Assembly: GCA_963714015.1 (NCBI GenBank)
Contig: OY970223.1
Coordinates: forward strand, 3,488,001 to 3,552,000
Length of the DNA: 64,000 nt
Origin: Vulcanimicrobiota bacterium
Lineage (GTDB): Bacteria > Vulcanimicrobiota > Vulcanimicrobiia > Vulcanimicrobiales > Vulcanimicrobiaceae
Reading direction: 5' to 3'
Shown: piece after piece, positions 9,325 to 17,425 of the stretch
How positions within the stretch are numbered: position 1 is the stretch's first letter
How the letters are laid out: each line of letters opens with the position of its first letter
Notes under the pieces: model-generated
Databases searched by the model: none
What the model saw: only the letters and a program-made list of their open reading frames with translations
Told to the model about the DNA's origin: nothing
Program-made: the position numbers and the translations under genes

Positions 9325-11630
9325 CGCGCGCTTCCCACGGATTCCGGTACCTCGGCAGAGGGCCGAACATTGGCGATGCGGACGAAGCTCGCTTCGTCGA
9401 AGATGTTGGCGGGATCGTCGGATAGGCCGCCGATGAGCGCAACGATGCCGTCGGGCATTGCCGGACGCACTTCGACAAGCACGTCGCGCATCGTCTTCAC
9501 GTTTGCCGCGCCGTCTTCATCGGCTGACGCAATGTCGGCATAGTCGCCGGTCGAGACTCCCAGCACCGCCGCCGTGGACGCAGAGATCGCCGCTTGCGGA
9601 AGCGGACAAAGTTCGGTCATGCGATCGTCGTGCGCGCTGGTGCCGCCGCCGGCAAAGATGTGCGATTGAAGCGCGACGCGGAGCGCGCCTTCGGGCCGGG
9701 TAGCGGGCGCGGCGGTCGCGATGCGCGCGTAGCGATCGTCGCCGAAGGTAAACGCCGGCGTCTGCGCGAGCCGCGAGATCACCGTCGACTCCAATTCGTC
9801 CGCCATGGGGAGCGCGACGCCGAGTTTCTCGCACAAACCGATCAGCAACTCGAAGTCGCTGAGCACGCCGGACGGCGCCTCGAGTGCGTGGGCTGCGTTC
9901 ACCGGCAGCACATCGCCGGCCAGATTCGTCGTCGTACCCGTCTTTTCGAATCCGGCCTTTACGGGCAGCACGAGCGTTGCAAGTTTTGCGGTCTCCGTCA
10001 TGAAGAGCTCGGTTACGACGACGAATGGAACGTTCCGCAGCGCTTCACGCACGTACGCTGCGCCGCAGCAATGCAGTGCCGGATTCGCTCCGAAGATCGA
10101 CAGGACCGACATATTGCCGTCGTGCGCGGCGGCGAGCATTGCACTGGTATCGAGTCCACCGTCTGAGGGCAGCATGCCCATCGCTTCCGCACCGCGCGCG
10201 TTGGGCTGCTCGCCCGTGATGTAGGTGAGGATCCGGGCGTCCTTGGGAAGTTCGTCCAGCATCGCGCGGCCCAACGCCAAATCCGCGCCGTCCCAAATGA
10301 CCGCTATCCGCTTTGCGCCGGCCGGAAGCGCCGCGAGCGCGTCGCGAACGCTCTTAACGTCCGCGCAGGGAATTGGGCTCGGATACGCGCGCTCCATCGA
10401 TCCGACGCGAATCAGCTTGGCGCGTTTCTGGAAGGCCGCTTTGCGGACGCGCAGATCCATGATGGGCGCGCGCTCGGCCGGCGACTCGCCGATGATGAAG
10501 ATCGCATCGGCCGTTTCCAGATCTTCGAGCTTGCCGCCGTCGCGTCCGGGCGAGGCTTGCCGCTGCCGGCCTGCGCGCCAGTCGAGATTCTTCACGCCTT
10601 TGGCGCGGAAAATATATTGGAGCAGATACGCTTCTTCGTTCGTCAGCCGTCCGCCGCCGATCGCCCCCACGGTTTGTGGATTCGCCTTGATCGCTTCTTG
10701 GAGCGCCGTCGCCCAGATCAGCAGCGCGTCGTCCCAGTCGATCTGAATCCACGCGCCGTTCTGTTTGTAGAGCGGCTGCGTGAGACGCGCGCCGTTCTCG
10801 TAAAAGCCGACGTTGTAACGCCCCCGGTCGCACAGCCAGGTGTCGGAGATGGCGTCGTCGCTCTCCACGGACATCGTGCGCATCACTTTGCCGACGCGCA
10901 CGTCGACGTGCATCTGACATCCGACGGAGCACTGCGTGCACGTCGTCGTCGTGCGTCGCAAATCCCAAGGCCGCGACTTGAAGCGATACGTCTTGGACGT
11001 CAGTGCACCGACCGGACAAAGCTCCGTGACGTTTCCGGTAAAGTTGTGGCGGTAGGGCTCTCCCGTGGCCGTCGCGATGATGTTCCGGACGCCGCGATCC
11101 TTGAGCACGAGTTGCCGTTCGCCCACGAGCATGTCGTCAAAACGCACGCACCGCTGGCAGACGACGCATCGCTCTTCGTCGAGCACGATCGTCGGGCCCA
11201 GATCGACCGCCTTGGGTTTGGGAACTTTGGGATCGACGCTGCGCGAGTAATCCTGTCCATAGGCCATCGCGTAATCCTGAAGATCGCATTCCCCGCCCTT
11301 GTCGCAGATCGGGCAGTCCAGCGGATGATTCTTCAAATAAAACTCGAGCACCGAACGGCGTCCCTCGGCGGCGTTCGTGCTTTGAGTGTGCACGACCATG
11401 CCTTCGGCCGCAGCCGTATTGCAGCCGATCTGCAGCTTCGGCAGTCCCTCGACCTCGACCAAACAGATCCGGCACAATCCCGCCGGTCCCATCTTCGTGT
11501 GGTAGCAGTACACCGGAATCTCGCGCTTTATTTTTTTCGCGGCCTCGACCAGCAGCGTGCCTTTCGGCACGCTCAACTGGACCCCGTCGATCGTCAGAGT
11601 AACGAGTTGCGGCTGCGGACTATCCGGCAT
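9321..11630 (-). CDS. nuoG: NADH-quinone oxidoreductase subunit G
   Basis: CYH...GLCRICLVEV (N1b), HPLDCPICDKGGEC (N5), RCVVCQRCVR...CPVG (N4), CTQCSVGC...LCDRG (N7-type cluster). Confidence 0.95.
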   Translation of the reverse strand: MPDSPQPQLVTLTIDGVQLSVPKGTLLVEAAKKIKREIPVYCYHTKMGPAGLCRICLVEVEGLPKLQIGCNTAAAEGMVVHTQSTNAAEGRRSVLEFYLKNHPLDCPICDKGGECDLQDYAMAYGQDYSRSVDPKVPKPKAVDLGPTIVLDEERCVVCQRCVRFDDMLVGERQLVLKDRGVRNIIATATGEPYRHNFTGNVTELCPVGALTSKTYRFKSRPWDLRRTTTTCTQCSVGCQMHVDVRVGKVMRTMSVESDDAISDTWLCDRGRYNVGFYENGARLTQPLYKQNGAWIQIDWDDALLIWATALQEAIKANPQTVGAIGGGRLTNEEAYLLQYIFRAKGVKNLDWRAGRQRQASPGRDGGKLEDLETADAIFIIGESPAERAPIMDLRVRKAAFQKRAKLIRVGSMERAYPSPIPCADVKSVRDALAALPAGAKRIAVIWDGADLALGRAMLDELPKDARILTYITGEQPNARGAEAMGMLPSDGGLDTSAMLAAAHDGNMSVLSIFGANPALHCCGAAYVREALRNVPFVVVTELFMTETAKLATLVLPVKAGFEKTGTTTNLAGDVLPVNAAHALEAPSGVLSDFELLIGLCEKLGVALPMADELESTVISRLAQTPAFTFGDDRYARIATAAPATRPEGALRVALQSHIFAGGGTSAHDDRMTELCPLPQAAISASTAAVLGVSTGDYADIASADEDGAANVKTMRDVLVEVRPAMPDGIVALIGGLSDDPANIFDEASFVRIANVRPSAEVPESVGSAR

Positions 11631-11660
11631 GGTTCACCTTCCGGGCGTGCGGCATGAGCC

Positions 11661-12923
11661 TCATGCGGGCAAAGCCTTCTCTTGGATCGCGCGAGCTTGG
11701 AATTGCTCGGGGAAGCGCTTGAGCACCGAAAGCAAGAAAGGCTCGATGGAATCGCCGAGCGGACACAAGTTGATTCCGGTGATCTGATGCCCCACTTTGA
11801 GCAGCATATCGATGTCGGACCGAAGCGCGCGGCCCTCCACGAAACGGTGGAGCACGGTTTCGAGCCAATCGCCGCCCTCGCGGCACGGCGTGCACTGTCC
11901 GCACGATTCGTGCGCGAAGAAGCGCACCAAATTAAAGGCGGCTTTGACGAAATCGGTCGTGTCGTCCATTACGACCATCGCGCCGGAGCCGAGCATCGTG
12001 CCGGCTTTCGCGAGCGACTCGTAGTCGTACGGAAGATCGAGATGCTCCTCGAAGATGCACGCCGACGAACCGCCGCCCGGCTGAATCGCCATGAGCTTGC
12101 GTCCGTCGCGCAATCCGCCGGCGATCTCGATGAGTTCGCGCACCGGAATGCCCAGCGGCACCTCGTAGTTCCCGGGCTTTTTGACGTGCCCGCTGATGGA
12201 GATGATCTTGTAGCCCTTGCTGCGCTCGGTACCGGCGGCGGCAAACCACTCGGCGCCTTTTTCGAGAATCGGCACCAAATACGCGAGCGTTTCGACGTTG
12301 TTCACGACCGTCGGCATGCCGTACAATCCGGCTACCGCCGGAAAAGGCGGCTTCAGGCGCGGTTCGCCGCGCTTGCCTTCCAGCGAATTGAGCAGCGCGG
12401 TCTCTTCACCGCAGATGTACGCGCCCGCCCCGCGATGCACGGTGACCTCGAGATCGTAACCGGTTCCGAAAAGGTTCTTGCCGATGAATCCGGCCGCGCG
12501 CGCTTGCGCCACCGCGTCCATGAAGATTTGGTAGCCCCGTTTGAACTCGCCGCGAATATACATATATGCGTGGTGCGATCCGATGCCGTAGGCGCCCAGC
12601 AGAATCCCCTCGAGAACCAGATGCGGCGTCTCTTCGAGCAGCATGTGATCTTTGAACGTGCCGGGCTCGGCTTCGTCGCAGTTGCAGACCAAATAACGCG
12701 GCTTATCGTTACCGGGCAGGAACGACCATTTGCGCCCGGTCGGAAATCCGGCGCCGCCGCGTCCGCGAAGGCCCGATTTGTCCGCCGCCTCCAATACGTC
12801 GGCGGGCTTCAGCGTCTTGAACGCGCGCTGCAACTGTTTGTAGCCGCCCCGGTCTTTGTAGACCGCGATGTCGCGCAGATTCGCCTCGCCGATTCCTTCG
12901 GTGAGCACTTTGACCACCGGCAT
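11661..12923 (-). CDS. nuoF: NADH-quinone oxidoreductase subunit F
   Basis: GLRGRGGAGFPTGRKW, GAGAYICGEETALLNSLEG, HESCGQCTPCREG. Confidence 0.97.
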   Translation of the reverse strand: MPVVKVLTEGIGEANLRDIAVYKDRGGYKQLQRAFKTLKPADVLEAADKSGLRGRGGAGFPTGRKWSFLPGNDKPRYLVCNCDEAEPGTFKDHMLLEETPHLVLEGILLGAYGIGSHHAYMYIRGEFKRGYQIFMDAVAQARAAGFIGKNLFGTGYDLEVTVHRGAGAYICGEETALLNSLEGKRGEPRLKPPFPAVAGLYGMPTVVNNVETLAYLVPILEKGAEWFAAAGTERSKGYKIISISGHVKKPGNYEVPLGIPVRELIEIAGGLRDGRKLMAIQPGGGSSACIFEEHLDLPYDYESLAKAGTMLGSGAMVVMDDTTDFVKAAFNLVRFFAHESCGQCTPCREGGDWLETVLHRFVEGRALRSDIDMLLKVGHQITGINLCPLGDSIEPFLLSVLKRFPEQFQARAIQEKALPA

Positions 12924-13684
12924 CAGTGCGCCGCTCCGTCTTCGAGTACCGCTGCAATCGCCGGTTCCACGTTGGCTAGACGCTCTTTCGTCCGCCCCTT
13001 AAAACGCGCTTCCTGCATGATGATGCGATCGAGCATGATGATCCCGTCTTTATCCAAACCGCCGGCGTTGTCCGGATTCGGCTGGTCGATCGCGCCCGCG
13101 GACTTCTCACCGGTCGAGACCTGCGTGCCTTGATTTACCGTCCAAGTGCGTGCCGGCGCTTCGGTTTGCGCCATGGGCGCCACGGGATACGTGCCCGCGC
13201 GCATGGCCGCGATCATCTCGTCGATCATCCGCGGCTCAAGATCGTACACGAACTCGAGATTCACCTGCATGCACGTCGCGCGGTCGCAAGCCGCAAGACA
13301 CTCGACCTCTTCGTACGAAAACAACCCGTCGGCCGTCGTCTGCAGATGGCCGATGCCGAGCTTCTCCCGAAAGTACGCCATGACGTCTTCCGCGCCGTCG
13401 ATCGTGCACGCCAATCCGCGGCACACCTGAAGCACGTACTTGCCGACCGGCCTACGAAAGAACAGCGTGTAAAACGAAACCGTCGACTCCACCACGGCGA
13501 GCGAAAGGTCGAGCATCTCGCTAACCGCGCGCATCGCCTCCGGACTTGCAAATCCCTCATGTTCCTGGAACAAGTGCACCAGCGGCAGCAGCGCCGAACG
13601 CGGCTGCTCGTACTGCGCAATAATCGCCTCACACTGCGGCTTTAATCGCTCTCGCAGCGCCGCAAAATCATCGACTCTGCTCAT
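12923..13684 (-). CDS. nuoE: NADH-quinone oxidoreductase subunit E (C-terminally extended)
   Basis: SFYTLF, VCRGLAC, VECLAAC 2Fe-2S ligands. ATG 13684 has GGAG 5 nt upstream; stop in a TGATG overlap with nuoF. Confidence 0.93.
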   Translation of the reverse strand: MSRVDDFAALRERLKPQCEAIIAQYEQPRSALLPLVHLFQEHEGFASPEAMRAVSEMLDLSLAVVESTVSFYTLFFRRPVGKYVLQVCRGLACTIDGAEDVMAYFREKLGIGHLQTTADGLFSYEEVECLAACDRATCMQVNLEFVYDLEPRMIDEMIAAMRAGTYPVAPMAQTEAPARTWTVNQGTQVSTGEKSAGAIDQPNPDNAGGLDKDGIIMLDRIIMQEARFKGRTKERLANVEPAIAAVLEDGAAH

Positions 13685-13692
13685 GCCTGCTC

Positions 13693-13891
13693 CGTATTGC
13701 GCAGCGCATCGCGGCCGGCGACCGGCATCCGTGCATGTCGCCGCTAGAAAATTTCCATCCGTGGAAATTTTCTGCTCGCGCCGCATTTTTCGCAAAACAA
13801 GTTTTGAAGCTGCCATCCCGGCAGGGCGAAAAATGTCGGAGCGCGCCGTGCACGCAGCCGTGTCGCCGGCCGCGATGCGTTACGAAATTCG
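13693..13891. repeat. Structured intergenic element, copy E2: imperfect ~52-bp inverted arms around a ~94-nt multi-hairpin core
   Basis: Perfect 18-bp IR 13705-13722/13862-13879 extends imperfectly to 13693-13745/13840-13891. Inner stems 13746-13757/13762-13773, 13784-13793/13826-13835 and 13810-13814/13820-13824. Confidence 0.85.
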
Positions 13892-13945
13892 TCGTATCAA
13901 GCGTGCGTCAAGGCGCCGATTTGCGGCACGCGCTTTATTCCACAA

Positions 13946-14146
13946 GCTGATGCGAGGAATGCGTGAGGTTGGGCGGGATCACCGGTTCGGGGGACACTCT
14001 GATAATTTCGCGCAAACCCGGAGGGTTTCTTCAAAACTTCGTTCTCGCGAAATTTCAGGTAGCAGAAAATTGCCATGGAGGGCAATTTTCGAGCGTGTCC
14101 CCGGAACCGGTGATCCCGCCCAACCTCACGCATTCCTCGCATCAGC
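13946..14146. repeat. Structured intergenic element, copy E1: 52-bp inverted arms around a 97-nt multi-hairpin core, opposite orientation to E2
   Basis: Arms 13946-13997 and 14095-14146 are reverse complements at 51/52 positions. Inner stems 14004-14012/14046-14054, 14014-14019/14023-14028 and 14065-14074/14081-14090. The core is homologous to the reverse complement of the E2 core. Confidence 0.9.
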
Positions 14147-15353
14147 GATCCACCTCGCCGAAAACGGGATCCAGAGAGCCGATCATCACGACGAGGTCGG
14201 CGATCAGATTGCCGGGCGCGAGACCTTTGAGCGATTGCAGGTTGTACATCGACGGCGGCCGCGTGCGAATGCGATAAGGGCGGTTTCCTCCGTCGGAGAC
14301 CAGATAGAAGCCGAGTTCGCCGCGGGGGCCTTCGACGGCTTGGTAGACGTCGCCGGGCGGGACGCGGAAGCCTTCGGTCATGATTTTGAAGTGATGGATC
14401 AGCGCTTCCATTGAGAGCGCGATCGTTTCTTTGGGCGGAGCGACGATCTTGGCGTCGTCGATCGTTACGGGACCGGGTTGGAGCGTGCGCCGGATCTGCT
14501 CGATGATGCGCATCGACTCTTCCATCTCGTCCAGACGCACCAGGAAACGTGCGTAAGAGTCGCCTTCCTCCCGCGTAGGAATGTCGAACTGATAGTTTTC
14601 GTAGCCGCAATAAGGATAGGCTTTACGGACGTCGTATGCGACGCCGCTTGCGCGCAGGCTCGGACCGGTGACGCTCCACTGGACCGCTTCTTCCGGCGTC
14701 ATGATTCCCACGTCGATCATGCGATCTTGCAGAATGGGATTGGCCTGGAGCAGCGCCCGCAGATCGCGCATGCGTCCGGGAAACTTTTCGATGAGCGCGT
14801 CCAGGCGGTCGAGATATCCCTCCGGCAGATCGCCGTTCACGCCGCCGACGCGCATGTAATTGGGATGCATGCGCGCGCCGCCGGCGGCCTCTTGCATGTC
14901 GAGGATATTCTCGCGCAGATCGAACGTGTAGAAAAACACCGAAAGCGCGCCCAGATCGATCCCGCCCGTTCCGAGCCAGACGCAGTGCGAAGCGATGCGC
15001 GTGAGTTCGGCGCTCAGCACGCGAATCTGCTGCGCGCGCTGCGGAATGTCGTTCGTGATGCCGAGCAGTTTCTCGACTGCGAGCGCATAACACAGCGCGT
15101 TGCTGCTGGGCGCAAGATAGTCCATGCGCTCGACGTTCGTCTGTGCCGTCGACCAGAACTGATTTTCGCAATTCTTTTCGATGCCCGTGTGGAGATAACC
15201 GATCTCCGGCTCGGCTTTGACGATGTTCTCGCCTTCGATCTCCAGCATGATCTGCAGAACGCCGTGCGTCGAGGGATGCTGCGGTCCCATCGAGAGGACC
15301 ATCGAGTTCCCGTCTTTGGAGACGATCTCGGGAGTGAGCGCGGTAAACGACAT
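14142..15353 (-). CDS. nuoD: NADH-quinone oxidoreductase subunit D
   Basis: SMGPQHPSTHGVL, IGYLHTGIEK, C-terminal GSLDPVFGEVDR. Start in a TGATG overlap with nuoC. Confidence 0.97.
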   Translation of the reverse strand: MSFTALTPEIVSKDGNSMVLSMGPQHPSTHGVLQIMLEIEGENIVKAEPEIGYLHTGIEKNCENQFWSTAQTNVERMDYLAPSSNALCYALAVEKLLGITNDIPQRAQQIRVLSAELTRIASHCVWLGTGGIDLGALSVFFYTFDLRENILDMQEAAGGARMHPNYMRVGGVNGDLPEGYLDRLDALIEKFPGRMRDLRALLQANPILQDRMIDVGIMTPEEAVQWSVTGPSLRASGVAYDVRKAYPYCGYENYQFDIPTREEGDSYARFLVRLDEMEESMRIIEQIRRTLQPGPVTIDDAKIVAPPKETIALSMEALIHHFKIMTEGFRVPPGDVYQAVEGPRGELGFYLVSDGGNRPYRIRTRPPSMYNLQSLKGLAPGNLIADLVVMIGSLDPVFGEVDR

Positions 15354-15952
15354 CAGCGGCCTTCGCGAGCTTTGGCGATCTGCGCTTGCAGCGCTTCCAG
15401 CGTGCGTCCGGACGGCGGCGTGCCGGCATTCACGTTGCTCTTCAGAGCGAACGCCGGGCGCGGCGAATGCTCGCGCGCCGGGCCGCGCAGCGGGTAGTCC
15501 TTGCGCAGCGGATAGCCTTCCCAATCGTTGGGCATTTGAATGCGGCGCATATCGGGATGCCCTTCGAACGCGATCCCGAACAGATCGTAGATCTCGCGCT
15601 CAGCCCAGTCCGCAGACTTCCACAAGTCCGTTGAGGTGGGAAGTAACGGACGTTCGTCCGGAACGCCGCAAAGCAGCCGCAAGCGTTGGGGAGCACCCAC
15701 TTCGGCAACGTTCGATTTGCGCAGCGGCATCTTCAGCAGATGGTAAACGACGTCGAAGCGCGGCGCGCGCTCGGGGTAATCGGCACCGCCGATATCCAGC
15801 AAAAGCGAGTAACCCTCGGCCTTGAGCGCTTTAAGCCGCGAATGAAGCTGCTCGGGCTGGATGCGCTCGATCTGAGCGTCGTCGATAGCCGGACGCACGG
15901 CAGTCGGGTCAATCGCGCCGCCCAACAGCGGCGGTGATTGCGTGCTTGGCAT
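15353..15952 (-). CDS. nuoC: NADH-quinone oxidoreductase subunit C
   Basis: ADWAEREIYDLFGIAFEGHPDMRRI, GYPLRKDYPL. Confidence 0.96.
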   Translation of the reverse strand: MPSTQSPPLLGGAIDPTAVRPAIDDAQIERIQPEQLHSRLKALKAEGYSLLLDIGGADYPERAPRFDVVYHLLKMPLRKSNVAEVGAPQRLRLLCGVPDERPLLPTSTDLWKSADWAEREIYDLFGIAFEGHPDMRRIQMPNDWEGYPLRKDYPLRGPAREHSPRPAFALKSNVNAGTPPSGRTLEALQAQIAKAREGR

Positions 15953-15992
15953 GAACCTCTCTCGTTTCTGGCTGGTGAGCTGGTCTCGTGCA

Positions 15993-16472
15993 CTAGGCTC
16001 GGGCTAGGATACCGCCGCGGCCGCCTTCGCGGATTTGCTGCTGAATCAGATTTACCGCGTAAAGCAGACCATCGGGCGTGGGCGGACAACCGGGAACGTA
16101 GACGTCGACCGGAATGATCGTGTCGACGCCTTGGACGACCGCGTAGTTGTCGAAGACTCCGCCGGAGCTGGCGCAAGCGCCCATCGATATGACCCACTTC
16201 GGATCCGCCATTTGATCGTAGAGCCGCTTGACGACCGGCGCCATCTTCTGCGCAACGCGGCCCGAAACGATCATCAGATCCGCTTGCCGCGGCGAGGGAC
16301 GAAAGACTTCGGATCCCAACCGCGCGATGTCGTATTCCGAGGACGTTACGGACATCATCTCAATCGCGCAGCAAGCCAGGCCCATCGTGAGGGGCCACAC
16401 GCTGGAACTCTGTGCCCAACGCGCCACCTCGTCGAGCTTGGCCAGAAAAAATTGCCCCGGTCCTATCTCCAT
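15993..16472 (-). CDS. nuoB: NADH-quinone oxidoreductase subunit B
   Basis: [33 protein letters not shown]. Confidence 0.97.
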   Translation of the reverse strand: MEIGPGQFFLAKLDEVARWAQSSSVWPLTMGLACCAIEMMSVTSSEYDIARLGSEVFRPSPRQADLMIVSGRVAQKMAPVVKRLYDQMADPKWVISMGACASSGGVFDNYAVVQGVDTIIPVDVYVPGCPPTPDGLLYAVNLIQQQIREGGRGGILARA

Positions 16473-16834
16473 TCAAAGCCTCGCTTCTTCCACACATAGG
16501 CATACCCGATAGCCAAAACGAGGACGAAGATGACCATCTCGACCAAGCCGAAGACGCGCAATCCGTGCATCTCCACTGCCCACGGATAAAAGGAGGCCGC
16601 TTCGACGTCGAGGACGACGAAGAGCATGGCGATCAAATAAAATTTGACGGGAAACCGGCCGGATATGCTCGAGGTCGGTTCGACCCCGCACTCGTACGCC
16701 TGCTCCTTTTCGGGATTCGGCTTGCGCTGCGCGAGCAGCCCGGGCAACAAACTGAAACCAAGTGCGGCAGCGAACGCGACGGCCACAAAAATCGCTACTG
16801 GAGCATACGGAGTCATCGCTGTGAAATTATTCAC
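16463..16834 (-). CDS. nuoA: NADH-quinone oxidoreductase subunit A (start GTG 16834 or ATG 16816)
   Basis: [32 protein letters not shown]. Confidence 0.95.
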   Translation of the reverse strand: MNNFTAMTPYAPVAIFVAVAFAAALGFSLLPGLLAQRKPNPEKEQAYECGVEPTSSISGRFPVKFYLIAMLFVVLDVEAASFYPWAVEMHGLRVFGLVEMVIFVLVLAIGYAYVWKKRGFEWR

Positions 16835-16836
16835 AA
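16819..16836. promoter_or_regulatory. Rex-type operator (also fits a CRP-family site) at the nuoA start
   Basis: Minus strand TTGTGAA-TAAT-TTCACAG matches 13/14 positions of the Rex consensus TTGTGAA-N4-TTCACAA and contains TGTGA-N6-TCACA. Confidence 0.7.
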
Positions 16837-16885
16837 GCGACGCTCATCCCCTACTCTGCGTTAAGAAACTATTGAGATGCTACTA

Positions 16886-16914
16886 TTGTGGCACTTGCCT
16901 CACCCTCGTATGCT
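16886..16914 (+). promoter_or_regulatory. Putative sigma70 promoter for the lipoprotein/K+ channel genes
   Basis: TTGTGG-N17-TATGCT, 36 bp upstream of ATG 16951. Confidence 0.35.
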
Positions 16915-16950
16915 GACGGGGGAACGCAGCAGCCGCAAGAAAGGAACCGC

Positions 16951-17421
16951 ATGCGCAAATTCTGGGTGCTCGGATTCGTTTTTCTTTGCTTGGGAGCCAA
17001 CGGCGGCGGGTGCAGCAATCCCAATGCGATCGGCGTTCAGCAGTACGGAACGGTCGTCGGACGAATCCTCGACGCAACGAACAACCGCCCGGTCCCGAAT
17101 GCGCTCGTTTCGGTCGGATCGATCTATACCGCGTACGCCGACGCGACGGGCGCGTTCCAGGTGCCGAACGTTCCGATCGGACCGCAGGACGTCACCGCGA
17201 CCGCACCGGGATACGAACGAAATTCGGTGCGTACCCGGATTCGGGAAAAGCAAGCAGTCAGCGTAGGATACCTGCGGATCATGCCGCTTACCGGCGGGCC
17301 GACCGCGCCGCCGCCGCCTACGCCGAGCCCGACACCAGGCATAGCGACGCCGATTCCCGCACTGACTCCGGGACCGAGCCCCCACGGATCGGGGGCGCCG
17401 GCCGCCGCTTCCACGCCGTAA
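16951..17421 (+). CDS. Lipoprotein with carboxypeptidase-regulatory-like beta-sandwich and Pro-rich tail
   Basis: SD AAGGA. Signal MRKFWVLGFVFLCLGANGGGC, then GTVVGRILDATNNRPVPNALV...ADATGAF...ATAPGY. Confidence 0.75.
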   Translation: MRKFWVLGFVFLCLGANGGGCSNPNAIGVQQYGTVVGRILDATNNRPVPNALVSVGSIYTAYADATGAFQVPNVPIGPQDVTATAPGYERNSVRTRIREKQAVSVGYLRIMPLTGGPTAPPPPTPSPTPGIATPIPALTPGPSPHGSGAPAAASTP

Positions 17422-17425
17422 CGCG

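Noticed and set aside
13799..14039. GTTTTGAAG/CTTCAAAAC resembling CRISPR repeat ends
   Set aside because: Only two copies, inverted, with no repeat-spacer periodicity and no cas genes.
13946..14146. E1 as a classical MITE or IS remnant
   Set aside because: No flanking target-site duplication or transposase, and the sister copy E2 conserves the core rather than the terminal repeats. Not excluded, but unsupported.
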